A DNA stretch of 64,000 nt, from positions 6,115-70,114 of the forward strand of contig JBMNTV010000001.1 of assembly GCA_050945915.1 (NCBI GenBank), written 5' to 3'. Shown here in pieces: positions 35,476 to 44,930 of this stretch. This DNA comes from Christensenellales bacterium (GTDB lineage Bacteria > Bacillota > Clostridia > Christensenellales > CALWSW01). Numbering within the stretch: position 1 is the stretch's first letter; each line of letters starts with the position of its first letter. A program made the translations under genes and the position numbers. A model generated the notes under the pieces. It saw nothing but the letters and a program-made list of their open reading frames with translations, ran no database searches and was not told the DNA's origin.

Positions 35476-36348
35476 CTACTCATCTTTATCATCAACGGAT
35501 TTCCACCAAAGCCGATTGTCTCCTGCTTCCTGAAATCCGTTTTTCTCGTAGAATTGGATCAAACGCATGTTTTTCAGATGATGTGGATAGATAGAGTTGC
35601 TGTTTTTTCTTCCGAAAGCTTTACTTAGATCATCTTCGGTAGCGCAATATATGTCCGGAAACTGCAGAACCCCTATTGCGTCATTCTTCTCTACATCGTA
35701 GTCTTTCTTGATCTCTTCTGGGATTACCCGCTCGAAGGCGCGCTCAAGGAGTATCCGGGCAATCCGAGAATCCTCTTCTTTTTGCGCTTCTGATATCCAT
35801 TCACCGTCAAGTGGTGCGGGATAGTATGTCATCAGATCTGGCTTTACGTGATAGAACTGCAAGATCAAATCGGGCAAAGCATTCAAAACACGGCTTCCAA
35901 ATCCTTTACCTCGGTGTTCTTCAAATATTTCTAGCTCATCGATATGCAAGATATTGCGGTACCAGTCCAAAGAGTCCTCGCCTAAGGGAGCCCCGTCTTC
36001 CTGTAATGTGGCCATCACGTATTCTAAATCCGCGTCGCTGTCGTCGCATACCATGTATGGATCATAACCATCATTTTGCATTTGCTCATACAAGATTAAT
36101 CGACCATGCATTCCTCCGATTTTAATTAAGTCTGAGTAATCACCTGAGTAGACCCGTTCATACATCTCATCTCTACCCTTATCTGATTCATCAGAACTTT
36201 GACATCCGTAAATCTCCAAACCGCATGGAACTATATAAGTGTCTACATAATCTGCAATAACACCATCCCCATCCATACATAATGCAAAAGTACGAGAGGG
36301 ACTTTGAGTTACTACATAAAGTTCAGAAAAAGGGATTATTGTTTCCAA
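35476..36348 (-). CDS. Atypical 290-aa GNAT-like acetyltransferase-fold protein (AT-richer gene)
   Basis: TTG start with RBS GGAAGGAGAAG 7 nt upstream. GNAT motif-A-like EEHRGKGFGSRVL and C-terminal LIQFYEKNGFQE. Acidic N-terminal region and an insert of about 100 aa. No family assignment. Confidence 0.5.
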   Translation of the reverse strand: METIIPFSELYVVTQSPSRTFALCMDGDGVIADYVDTYIVPCGLEIYGCQSSDESDKGRDEMYERVYSGDYSDLIKIGGMHGRLILYEQMQNDGYDPYMVCDDSDADLEYVMATLQEDGAPLGEDSLDWYRNILHIDELEIFEEHRGKGFGSRVLNALPDLILQFYHVKPDLMTYYPAPLDGEWISEAQKEEDSRIARILLERAFERVIPEEIKKDYDVEKNDAIGVLQFPDIYCATEDDLSKAFGRKNSNSIYPHHLKNMRLIQFYEKNGFQEAGDNRLWWKSVDDKDE

Positions 36349-36446
36349 GGTTGCGCTTCTCCTTCCAGTATATTAATCATTCATTATTTTTTTATTTTAC
36401 CATCAATTATCGGGTATATCTATGTCTTGGAGGTCATTCTTTCAGC

Positions 36447-36483
36447 AATAAAAAAGCACCATCTGCAATACTGCAAATGATGC
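36447..36483 (-). terminator. Intrinsic terminator after tRNA-Leu
   Basis: Minus strand GCAUCAUUUGCA-GUAU-UGCAGAUGGUGC (12 bp including G-U pairs) followed by UUUUUUAUU. Confidence 0.8.
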
Positions 36484-36491
36484 AATACGGG

Positions 36492-36578
36492 TGGTGCCGG
36501 TGGTCGGACTCGAACCGACACGGTATCGCTACCAACGGATTTTGAGTCCGTCACGTCTGCCAATTCCATCACACCGGC
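36492..36578 (-). tRNA. tRNA-Leu (anticodon CAA)
   Basis: 87 nt folded by hand. Acceptor GCCGGTG/CACCGGC plus ACCA. Anticodon arm ACGGA-CUCAAAA-UCCGU. Long variable arm. T arm GUCGG-UUCGAGU-CCGAC. Confidence 0.93.
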
Positions 36579-36890
36579 ATAACCAGACTTAAAAATAATA
36601 CACCATAGGGCGGAAAAAGTAAATAGCCATTTGCGGGATGCTCCCCTCGTTCACGAACGTTACGCGTTTTGTGGATCGCCGCCCGGCTAAGCCTATGTTC
36701 ACCGCCTTGAGAAATTGCGACGAAAAGACAACAGCAGGAGCCCCACCATGCCATGCGCCAGGATTCGGTCAAACCGTGTTCCATGCTAACAAACTTCCTT
36801 GAAGGTGCATATCCTGATTGAACTGACATTTTTTGTGTGAACGGAATAAATCTTCCAAAACAGGATACCATATATATTGAGGTGATATAC

Positions 36891-37451
36891 GTGAAAGTCA
36901 CTCGAAAGGGTTTTTCCGACGAAGCCGACGCCCTTGTTCCGGCTGCGCCCGAAACGCCGGCACAAAGCAGGAAGATCGAGCTTCCCGCCTGGGCTTGGTT
37001 GGTTATTTGCGTTGCGTTTCCCCTTTTTCTGGGCGCCGTGATCGCGTTTTTGACTGGAAGCGCTTCGGTGGAGCTGCTGGGAAGAATCAAACTGCCCCCC
37101 CTGTTCCCGCAGGATACAGTCCTCAAAGCCGCATGGCTCGCCCATTATATCCTGATGGGCATTGGGAACTATTTCGTCCTAAAGAGCGGCTGCGCACCCA
37201 TACGAAAGCGCAGGGCGATGATCGCCTACGGCATACAGCTGGCCATCGGCGCGGCCTGGGCTCCCGTCTTCTTCCTTGCGGAGGCATTTATCTTCGCTGT
37301 TGGGCTTTCGCTGCTCTTTATGGCGTCCATCGCCATCACCGTGGACTTTTTCACCCGCTGTTCCGCCGTTTCCGGGAAGCTGCTCGTCCCCTGCCTGCTC
37401 TGGTCTTCATTCCTTTCGTATTTCACAATCGGCACTGCGCTTCTGAACTGA
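36891..37451 (+). CDS. tspO: TspO/MBR (tryptophan-rich sensory protein) family membrane protein
   Basis: GTG start with RBS GAGGTGA. Five TM segments. Resembles TspO by recollection. Confidence 0.8.
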   Translation: MKVTRKGFSDEADALVPAAPETPAQSRKIELPAWAWLVICVAFPLFLGAVIAFLTGSASVELLGRIKLPPLFPQDTVLKAAWLAHYILMGIGNYFVLKSGCAPIRKRRAMIAYGIQLAIGAAWAPVFFLAEAFIFAVGLSLLFMASIAITVDFFTRCSAVSGKLLVPCLLWSSFLSYFTIGTALLN

Positions 37452-37456
37452 TAGAA

Positions 37457-37489
37457 AGCCCTTCCCCCTGCGTTGCAGGGGCTTTTTTT
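37457..37489 (+). terminator. Intrinsic terminator after tspO
   Basis: CCCCTGC-gtt-GCAGGGG-C-TTTTTTT. Confidence 0.85.
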
Positions 37490-37637
37490 CGCTTTTTCTG
37501 GCTAAGCTTTGGGCGTTTACCCGGTTCCTTCCATCCAGATCGCATCCCTTTTGCGATTTCGCCCCCAAAAGAGTCCGGCCGGCGCAAATTCTGCTGCGCC
37601 GGCCCGGTCTTTATGAATGGAAAGGATGGATTCCGCT

Positions 37638-37892
37638 TTATCTCCCTTCCGGGTGATATTTCAGAAGGGTTGCTTTCCCACCGCGGATGTGCCTTTCGGC
37701 CTTGTTTGCGGCAAGCACTGCCCTTACCTGCTCCGCAAGCCTCGGATCCACGATCGGAAGGCGCTCCGTGGCGTCCTTATGGACGCTCGATTTGCTCACG
37801 CCGAACTTCTGCGCGGCCTGGCGCACGGTGCAGCCCGTTTCCACGATATGCGCGCCAATCGCGCGGCAGCGTTCTTTGATGTACTCCTGCAT
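37638..37892 (-). CDS. spoIIID: Sporulation transcriptional regulator SpoIIID
   Basis: MQEYIKERCRAIGAHIVETGCTVRQAAQKFGVSKSSVHKDATERLP... aligns by eye with B. subtilis SpoIIID (MHDYIKER...FGVSKSTVHKDLTERLP). Confidence 0.93.
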   Translation of the reverse strand: MQEYIKERCRAIGAHIVETGCTVRQAAQKFGVSKSSVHKDATERLPIVDPRLAEQVRAVLAANKAERHIRGGKATLLKYHPEGR

Positions 37893-37959
37893 GGTCTCCC
37901 TCCCCACGTCATTTGTACATGTTTATGACGGGGATAGGCCGAGCATTACAGGAAAGGTC

Positions 37960-38565
37960 TTAATACCCGATGATGTTTGCGACGTACATATCCGCGACGT
38001 TCATCGCCACAGCGAGCTTGCAGCGGTCAAAGGCTGCGGCCAGGGCCTGCCCACCGGCATACTGGCGGGCGGCATCGTCAAACCCGCCCATATGCCAGCG
38101 GATGGCCAACAGCTCGTCGTCCGTCAGCTCGATAAAGCGCTGGGCAAGCAGGGCGGACTTTTCGCCATGCCCCAGGGGAAGCTGGTCCTCGATGGCGTAA
38201 TACTCATGTTCTTCCCACTGGCGGTCCCCCACTTTGACGTTTCTCGTGCGGATCGTATAAAAATTCGCCTTGCAAAGGTCGTGCAACAGGGCGACAATCA
38301 TCACCGAATCATCCGGAATCGCGTCGCCCAGGGGCTTGATAAAATTCCGAAGGTATCGAAGCACATAGACGGAGTGCTTCAAAAGCCCGCCCGCAATCGC
38401 GCCATGCTTCGAAGTGCTGGCGGGGGCAGTGAAGAAGTCAGTCTCTGTCGAAAGCCATTCGATCAGCTCTTCCACGCCCTCCCGGTCGGTGCCGCGGAGC
38501 TGGCTTTCAAAGACGCTGCGAAGTTCTGCGATTTCCTCTTCGGGAAGGGATGGAACAGGAACCAT
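37960..38565 (-). CDS. HD-domain phosphohydrolase-family protein
   Basis: 201 aa. H...HD signature (KHSVYV...VALLHDLCK). RBS GGAG. Confidence 0.78.
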   Translation of the reverse strand: MVPVPSLPEEEIAELRSVFESQLRGTDREGVEELIEWLSTETDFFTAPASTSKHGAIAGGLLKHSVYVLRYLRNFIKPLGDAIPDDSVMIVALLHDLCKANFYTIRTRNVKVGDRQWEEHEYYAIEDQLPLGHGEKSALLAQRFIELTDDELLAIRWHMGGFDDAARQYAGGQALAAAFDRCKLAVAMNVADMYVANIIGY

Positions 38566-38589
38566 TGATGTACTCCAGTTTCTTCATGA

Positions 38590-39024
38590 TCAGTCGGGGA
38601 TGCCGTCTCCGTCCAAATCGACGAAGGGGGGTGAAGCCGCCGCGTAATCCCCGGCTACGCCGAACATTTCCTTGCCCAGGATGCGCTTTTCCTCTCTGCG
38701 CTGTTCGATGATCTTGCTCAGAAAACGGCGCACCTTGTCCGGCTTCTTGATGTTCTTTAACTCAAAGGTGGGCTGATTGCTGTCCGCCGTAAACAGCGTG
38801 ATCGTACCCACGCCGAACAGCTTCTGCCCCAAGGTTTTAACGAGCTTGATGTCCAATATGCGATAAAGCAGGATCTCGTTGACTTCCGTCCTGAAAAAGC
38901 CCACCTTGGAGATCAGCCTGTCCTCCTCCACCGAATAGCGGGTAAAAGACAGCGGCATTCCGAGGATACGCTTTCTGTCGCTCCAGAGTTCCTGGTTTTC
39001 CGGTTCCGAAAGGTTGTGGATCAT
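38590..39024 (-). CDS. Bacterial PH (bPH_2/YdbS-like) domain protein with DxDxDG tail
   Basis: RLISKVGFFRTEVNEILLYRILDIKLVKTLGQKLFGVGTITLFTAD is bPH-like. C-terminus VDLDGDGIPD. ATGA overlap with the upstream CpXC gene. Confidence 0.68.
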   Translation of the reverse strand: MIHNLSEPENQELWSDRKRILGMPLSFTRYSVEEDRLISKVGFFRTEVNEILLYRILDIKLVKTLGQKLFGVGTITLFTADSNQPTFELKNIKKPDKVRRFLSKIIEQRREEKRILGKEMFGVAGDYAAASPPFVDLDGDGIPD

Positions 39025-39716
39025 TGCACTCCCCCCGCAGGGCGGACAGCGCCCGCCTTATCCAGTATACTGCCTTCCTTTTTCAAAAGATCCAGTGCCC
39101 AGATCATGTCCACCATGACAAAGTCATCGCCCTCTCCCCAGTCGCGGTCTCCGATCAATTCATCCAGGGCAGAATACAGCCTGGCCGGCACCGAAAGCTG
39201 ATGCACCTCCTTTTCCCGGATGCCCAGCAGGACGAAACTTCCATCCTCCCCTTTGCCCTGGAAGATCAGCGTATCCGGCTTGAAGGCGGCATTGGGGGCA
39301 GACATGATGGAAATGGCGGTATAGGCTTTGAAAAGCTCCATGATCCTGTCGTCCAGCCCGAGTTCAAAGATGGTGATCTTCTCCATCAACTCGGTATAAT
39401 CGTCCACCAGGCGGCGGATTTTCGCCGAAGCGCATTCCATCAGGGTTTCCATGTCCCCCGTTGCGGGGACGGAGCGCGCCTCTGTCCTGGGCAGGAAATA
39501 GACCGCGAAACCCTTCTTTGGATCCTGATACAGACAAGGATACACCAGCCTTGTGACGACGCTGCAGCTCGGGCAGGTGGTGACGCAGATGTTCCCGGAA
39601 ATCACCTGCTCCCGAAGGACGGGGTCTGTCGAAGCGTTGACGCTCGGGCAGCATTCATGCTCGTAAAGAAAGCCGCACTTGGGGCATGTTACTCTTTCGT
39701 TCAAACGAATGGACAT
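39021..39716 (-). CDS. CpXC domain protein
   Basis: Start MSIRLNE with RBS GGGAGGA. Two CPxC motifs (CPKC, CPSC) in the first 55 aa. Confidence 0.68.
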   Translation of the reverse strand: MSIRLNERVTCPKCGFLYEHECCPSVNASTDPVLREQVISGNICVTTCPSCSVVTRLVYPCLYQDPKKGFAVYFLPRTEARSVPATGDMETLMECASAKIRRLVDDYTELMEKITIFELGLDDRIMELFKAYTAISIMSAPNAAFKPDTLIFQGKGEDGSFVLLGIREKEVHQLSVPARLYSALDELIGDRDWGEGDDFVMVDMIWALDLLKKEGSILDKAGAVRPAGGVQ

Positions 39717-39836
39717 CTTTGATCCTCCCTGAATTGGGCTGACTCCATTATACATAATAAACCCGGGGATTTACAGCCCCGGGCGCAAATGTTTCTCTAT
39801 GACACGGGAATCCGCAGTCATCGGCTCCTGCGCTTC

Positions 39837-40301
39837 TTATTTCGCCGTCGCGCCAGCCAGATTCAGGATGGATCCGAATGCGCATTGGAACCAGTAGATA
39901 TACTCGCTTTTGCTGGATTGATAGGTCACCTTGATGTATTCTGTGTCCGTCTTGTCGATGGTTAGCACGCCCTCCTCGCCCCCGATGTTGGAGATGTGGA
40001 TGGAACAAGTATCGGTGATCTTCGCGCCGCCCACATGATCCCGCCGACGCGCGGAGATCAGCAACGCATAAACGCGCCCAAACTCCTTCTTGGTGATCTC
40101 AGAAGTTTCACCACGGTATTCGACGAAGATTTTGCTTTTTACGCCGCCGGAAATGGCCGTCAGCTCCTTTTTGAAGCTGTTGAACCTTCCGCTCTTGGAT
40201 AACGAAAAAATCATGAGAACGACGGCCAAAAGAAGAATCCCGACAGCCGACCCAATGAAGATCTTCGTACCGATCCCCGAGCTATACCGAGATTTTGCCA
40301 T
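39837..40301 (-). CDS. Hypothetical membrane-anchored protein
   Basis: 154 aa. Single N-terminal TM (IFIGSAVGILLLAVVLMIF). RBS GGAGGAG. No recognisable family. Confidence 0.55.
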   Translation of the reverse strand: MAKSRYSSGIGTKIFIGSAVGILLLAVVLMIFSLSKSGRFNSFKKELTAISGGVKSKIFVEYRGETSEITKKEFGRVYALLISARRRDHVGGAKITDTCSIHISNIGGEEGVLTIDKTDTEYIKVTYQSSKSEYIYWFQCAFGSILNLAGATAK

Positions 40302-40403
40302 TTCTCCTCCAAATAAGTTTAAAAGAGCGTTTTATCAACCCGGGCTTGCCGCCAAGGCGCTGCCAGATCAGGAAGGGCGCGCCTGTGCAGATGAGGAAAA
40401 GCG

Positions 40404-40994
40404 CTAATCGGCAATGCGGCCGAAGCTCTGAAAGGGCCAGATCACGAAAACCGCCCTTCCGATGATGCGATAATACGGGACGGGACCTTCCATTCTGCTG
40501 TCCAGGCTGACGTTTCTATTGTCCCCCATGACGAAAACGGCGTCTTCAGGAATCACGAAAGGGCCCGCGTCGCCCAGGATATAATCGTTCCAGTAAGCCG
40601 ATTCGTCCAGTTCTTCGCCGTTGATATAGGTCTTTCCATCCCGGATTTCAACGGTTTCTCCGGGCAGACCGATCACCCGTTTAATGACGGCCTTTCCATA
40701 ATCCGTATAGCGGCAGATGATCACCTCTCCCCTTTTCGGTTCATTGACGAGGTAGGACAGCTTCTCGACAAACACCTGCTCGTTGGTAAAAAAATTGGGA
40801 TACATCGAATCCCCGTCCACCCGGGTGTTCTGAAAAACGTATCCCCTCAACGCCATCGTAGCAATCAGCACGAAAACCAGCCAGAGCACCGTGCCGCGGT
40901 TGTAGTCCTTTTTATATGCGGGTTCTGTGTCGTTTTGTCTGTTCGCGCTCTTTCGCATGGCGCGAATCATCGCAGGGTCAGCGTAATTCGCCAT
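40404..40994 (-). CDS. lepB: Signal peptidase I
   Basis: GDSMYPN (Ser box), IKRVIGLPGE (Lys box), GDNRNVSLDSR. Start set at MANYADP (RBS AAGGAAG 6 nt upstream). Confidence 0.92.
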   Translation of the reverse strand: MANYADPAMIRAMRKSANRQNDTEPAYKKDYNRGTVLWLVFVLIATMALRGYVFQNTRVDGDSMYPNFFTNEQVFVEKLSYLVNEPKRGEVIICRYTDYGKAVIKRVIGLPGETVEIRDGKTYINGEELDESAYWNDYILGDAGPFVIPEDAVFVMGDNRNVSLDSRMEGPVPYYRIIGRAVFVIWPFQSFGRIAD

Positions 40995-41202
40995 GTGCAT
41001 CTTCCTTTTGATCGTCGGCCCTCGCCGTTATTTTTGCCGCACGCTTTAAAAAAAGCTCCCGGTCGAGCATCACAACCCGGCCGCAGCCAAGGCATTTGAT
41101 CTTGATATCTGCCCCGGTGCGGGTAATGACCCATTCGCTGCTCCCGCAGGGATGGGGCTTTTTCATTTTGACCGTATCGCCAAGTCCAAAATGTTCAATC
41201 AT
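40978..41202 (-). CDS. DUF951 family small protein
   Basis: 74 aa from MIEHFGLGDTVKMKKPHPCGSSEWVITRTGADIKIKCLGCGRVVML. The long tracked ORF was trimmed. Confidence 0.72.
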   Translation of the reverse strand: MIEHFGLGDTVKMKKPHPCGSSEWVITRTGADIKIKCLGCGRVVMLDRELFLKRAAKITARADDQKEDAHGELR

Positions 41203-41257
41203 TGCCGATCCATCCGTGGCCGAAGCCTTCCCAAAAATGGGGCTTTGCTCCGCCCTT

Positions 41258-42220
41258 TCATGATTGTGTTTCGTTTTCCGCCGCTTTGAATCTGTCTGGG
41301 CTTTGGTGTTCGTCCACCAGCGCCACTTTCGGATAGGGGATCCTGATCCCGTGCTCGTCAAAGGCTTCCTTCACCGCAAGGCGAATCTCCCGTTCCAATT
41401 GCCACTGTTTTGTCGGCGCAGCGCGGCAGGCGATGCGGATATTCAGCGTGCTTTCGTTAAAGGCGGAAATTCCCATCACACTGGGCTCATCCAGGGCGTG
41501 TTCCGGCATTTCCTTGGCTTTTTTGATCGCCGCTTCCCGGGCGATGTCGCACAGGCGGCGCGTGTCCTCCTCATAGGCGACGGGAATATCCACCACCGCC
41601 ATCCAGTCGCCCCTGGTGCTGTTGACCACCAGTTGGATCGCGCCGTTTGGCACGATAAACAGTTGGCCCAGGAGATTCCTGATATACGTCACCCGCATGG
41701 CGATGGCTTCGACGATGCCTTCGACATCTCCGCCCTCTGTGCTGAGCTTCACAAAATCCCCAACGGCATACTGGTTTTCAAACACCATAAAAAGGCCGGC
41801 GATCACGTCTTTCACCAGGTTCTGGGCGCCAAAGCCGATGGCGATACCCCCGATCCCGGCGCTTGCCAATAGCGCCGTGGCATCCCCGACTCCCAGGACG
41901 GACAACATGGCCATGATGGCGACGAAATAAATCAGATAGCGCAGGGTGGATCTGGCCAGGGTGGCGATGCTCTTGGCCCGCCGGGCTTCCTGGGTCTTGG
42001 GAGTCTTTGCGCCCTTTAATACGCCCGCCGTGTATTTCGTGATCCGCGCGATCAGAAAGCGTGCCAAAAACCAGATCAGAACGCAGATCAAAATATCAAC
42101 GAACAGCGTTGGCAGATAATCAAAAAAATCCTTTGCCAGCTGTTCGATGTATTCCCCTACGCTCTGGAGGAAGGATGACTGTTGCGCAGCAGCAGTATCG
42201 GCCATCAGCGTTTTGTTCAT
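41258..42220 (-). CDS. Mechanosensitive ion channel (MscS family)
   Basis: IGFGAQNLVKDVIAGLFMVFENQYAVGDFVKL core. RBS AAAGGAAGG. Confidence 0.9.
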   Translation of the reverse strand: MNKTLMADTAAAQQSSFLQSVGEYIEQLAKDFFDYLPTLFVDILICVLIWFLARFLIARITKYTAGVLKGAKTPKTQEARRAKSIATLARSTLRYLIYFVAIMAMLSVLGVGDATALLASAGIGGIAIGFGAQNLVKDVIAGLFMVFENQYAVGDFVKLSTEGGDVEGIVEAIAMRVTYIRNLLGQLFIVPNGAIQLVVNSTRGDWMAVVDIPVAYEEDTRRLCDIAREAAIKKAKEMPEHALDEPSVMGISAFNESTLNIRIACRAAPTKQWQLEREIRLAVKEAFDEHGIRIPYPKVALVDEHQSPDRFKAAENETQS

Positions 42221-42261
42221 GGATAACCTTCCTTTCGCCCGGCCCGGCGTGGGAAATCACG

Positions 42262-43140
42262 TCAATCGCTTGCTTCGTCGTCGATTCCGTGTTCCAAGAA
42301 ATCCAGCGCGTAATCCAGGAACCGCTCGGGCTTCTCTTCGTGGAGAACGTGGCCACAGTTGCGGATCAGCGCAAACTGGGCGCGGGGCAGGGCGATGTGG
42401 AACACCTCGGCGGAGGCGACTTCCCTCCAGCGGTCATCCACCCCCCAGACGATAAGCACGTCATGCACGATATCCCGCAAAGAAGGCATGACATCCTCCT
42501 CGTCAAACGCCCTCAAAGCGACGCGGAGCGCAGCGCTGGTGGCTTTGTCCGCATACGGTTTATAGTATTCTCTTACCATCTCCGGCGTTATGAGGGTGCG
42601 GTCAAAAAAAGCGTCCGTCAGCAGGTTGGCCACGGATTTGGGAGAGATGGTCGCCGCAGTCAACCAGCCGGTAAGCGGACTTTCCAGGGAACGGATCTGG
42701 TAGGGCATGGTTCCGGTGATCCCGCCGGGGCAAATCAGCACCAGCCTTCTTATGCGGTTTGGAAAGCGGGCAGCCATATCCAAAGCGATCATGCCACCCA
42801 TGGAAAAGGCGATCACATGAGCGGTTTCGATGCCCAGCTCATCCATGAAGGCCACCAGAGTGTCCGCAAGGGCGCTGATGGCGTAAGCCGCCTCGTCCAT
42901 CGACTTGTCGGAATAGCCGTGACCGGGCAGGTCCACGGCGACAACCCGATAATGGTCGGACAGGACGTCGATGACCCTGTGCCAGGTGAAAAGAGACTGA
43001 CCAAGCGAGTGAATCAGAAGCAAAGCTTCGCCACTCCCCTGCTCAAGATAATGGATGTGGCGCCCATTGGCGTCAACATAGCGGCCAATGTGCTCTGAGT
43101 TCTGAAGCTGCTTGGGCTTTTGATTGATATCCGGTGTCAA
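42262..43140 (-). CDS. Alpha/beta-fold hydrolase
   Basis: HSLGQSLFTW, nucleophile elbow AFSMGG. TTG 43140 was preferred as the start (RBS TAGGAGG 6 nt upstream). The tracked start at 43233 is possible. Confidence 0.83.
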   Translation of the reverse strand: MTPDINQKPKQLQNSEHIGRYVDANGRHIHYLEQGSGEALLLIHSLGQSLFTWHRVIDVLSDHYRVVAVDLPGHGYSDKSMDEAAYAISALADTLVAFMDELGIETAHVIAFSMGGMIALDMAARFPNRIRRLVLICPGGITGTMPYQIRSLESPLTGWLTAATISPKSVANLLTDAFFDRTLITPEMVREYYKPYADKATSAALRVALRAFDEEDVMPSLRDIVHDVLIVWGVDDRWREVASAEVFHIALPRAQFALIRNCGHVLHEEKPERFLDYALDFLEHGIDDEASD

Positions 43141-43308
43141 GTTAAACCTCCTATACGCTCCTAATCCATCGAGCATATACGATGTAATCATACTGCAAAT
43201 TGGGTCTGTTTGCAAGATATGGGAGGCTTTCATCTTTCCGGTCGCCCGCCCGCTTTACAACTGTTCCAACTCGGGGTATTCTATTATGAAGATAACTGGA
43301 GGTAACTC

Positions 43309-43554
43309 ATGAAGATCACAAACATCATCAATCCAGGCCGCTTCTTCGAAGCCCTGAACAAGACCCGGGGTTCTGTTGAACTCGTCACCGACGAGGGGGA
43401 CAGGCTCAACCTCAAAAGCAAACTTTGCCAGTACATCGCCCTCACCCAGATGTTCACCGACGGCAAGATCGAAACCGTGGAGATCATATTGTCGGAACCG
43501 GAAGATCTGGACATCATCGCCCCCTTCCTGAAGGTGGAGCGACCATCGGAATAA
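43309..43554 (+). CDS. Small conserved hypothetical protein
   Basis: 81 aa. Strong RBS GGAGG 6 nt upstream. Lies immediately upstream of mnmE. No family assigned. Confidence 0.6.
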   Translation: MKITNIINPGRFFEALNKTRGSVELVTDEGDRLNLKSKLCQYIALTQMFTDGKIETVEIILSEPEDLDIIAPFLKVERPSE

Positions 43555-43568
43555 GCGGAAAGGACGCC

Positions 43569-44918
43569 ATGAATGACACCATCTATGCCCTTGCCACCCC
43601 ACTGGGGAACGGCGTTGCCGTCATTCGAATCAGCGGACCGAAGGCTGAACGCGCGGTCTGTTCCCTGTTTTCCAAAAAGTCCGGATTTGAGAGCCATAAG
43701 CTCTACCACGGCCTCATCAAAGATGGGGATCAGCCTGTGGACGACGCGATGGCCGTCATCATGCGGGCCCCCAGGAGCTATACGGGAGAGGATACCGCGG
43801 AACTGCACATCCACGGTTCCCCTGCCATCGCGAAAAAGGTGCTGGAGCTTTTGTCCCGCCTGGGCCTTCGCCTGGCGGAACCCGGGGAGTTTACCCGCCG
43901 CGCCTTTGAAAACGGCAAGCTGGACCTTTCCCAGGCCGAGGCGGTGATGGACCTTGTGTGCGCCGCCGCCGAATCCCAGGCAAGAGCGGCGCTGGACCAG
44001 CTGCGGGGCAGCCTGGTCGGCCCAATCACCAGCCTTCAGGACAGCTTGACGGACGCCATCGCCCGGGCGGAAGCGGGGATCGATTACCCCGAGGAGGACT
44101 GGGAGGGCGAGATCGCCGACGAACTGATCCCCTCCCTTTCCGAGGCCAAGGACAGGCTTCGGAAGATGGCAGAAGGCGGCATTCAGGGCCGCATCATCCG
44201 GGACGGGTTGAAGGTCGCCCTGTGCGGACGGCCCAATGTGGGCAAATCCACCCTGCTCAACGCCCTGTTGGGCGAAAACCGGGCGATCGTCACCGACCTT
44301 CCCGGAACGACGAGGGACATCATCGAGGAGCGCGTGGACTGGATGGGCCTGCCAGTGCGGCTAATCGACACCGCCGGGTTGCGAAGCGCCGCGGACGAGG
44401 CGGAAAAGATCGGCATCGAGCGGGCGCGCACCGCCATGCAGGAAGCGGATCTTGCCCTCCTCCTTTTTGACGGCGCGCACCCCTTCACCGAAGAGGACGG
44501 GCAGATCGCCGAAGAAGCGAAGGGCCTTCCCGCCCTGGCCGTCGTCACCAAGGGGGATCTTCCCCAGGTCGTTACGGCAGCGGAGATCGCTCAACGGACG
44601 GGACTTGAGACGGTTTCTGTTTCCGCCCTTTCGCCGGACGGTTTGGACGCGTTGAAAACGGCGGTTTACGCCTTCTTCGAATCCCGCTCCCCCGCGGAAA
44701 AACCCGATGCCCTGGTCACCAACCGCCGCCACCTGGACGCCATCCTCACTGCGCTGGACTCCGTTGAAAGCGCGATCACCGCCCTTGATAAACAGGATCT
44801 CGACTGCGCCACCATCGACCTTCGCAGGGCCTGGCACGCGCTGGGAGAGATCAGCGGCCTTACGGTGGACGAAGCCATCGTCGACCGCATATTCGAAAAA
44901 TTCTGCCTTGGGAAATAA
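43569..44918 (+). CDS. mnmE: tRNA modification GTPase MnmE
   Basis: MNDTIYALATPLGNGVAVIRISG, G domain GRPNVGKSTLLNAL, C-terminal FCLGK. The tracked ORF start was trimmed. Confidence 0.95.
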   Translation: MNDTIYALATPLGNGVAVIRISGPKAERAVCSLFSKKSGFESHKLYHGLIKDGDQPVDDAMAVIMRAPRSYTGEDTAELHIHGSPAIAKKVLELLSRLGLRLAEPGEFTRRAFENGKLDLSQAEAVMDLVCAAAESQARAALDQLRGSLVGPITSLQDSLTDAIARAEAGIDYPEEDWEGEIADELIPSLSEAKDRLRKMAEGGIQGRIIRDGLKVALCGRPNVGKSTLLNALLGENRAIVTDLPGTTRDIIEERVDWMGLPVRLIDTAGLRSAADEAEKIGIERARTAMQEADLALLLFDGAHPFTEEDGQIAEEAKGLPALAVVTKGDLPQVVTAAEIAQRTGLETVSVSALSPDGLDALKTAVYAFFESRSPAEKPDALVTNRRHLDAILTALDSVESAITALDKQDLDCATIDLRRAWHALGEISGLTVDEAIVDRIFEKFCLGK

Positions 44919-44930
44919 ACGGAGAAACCT

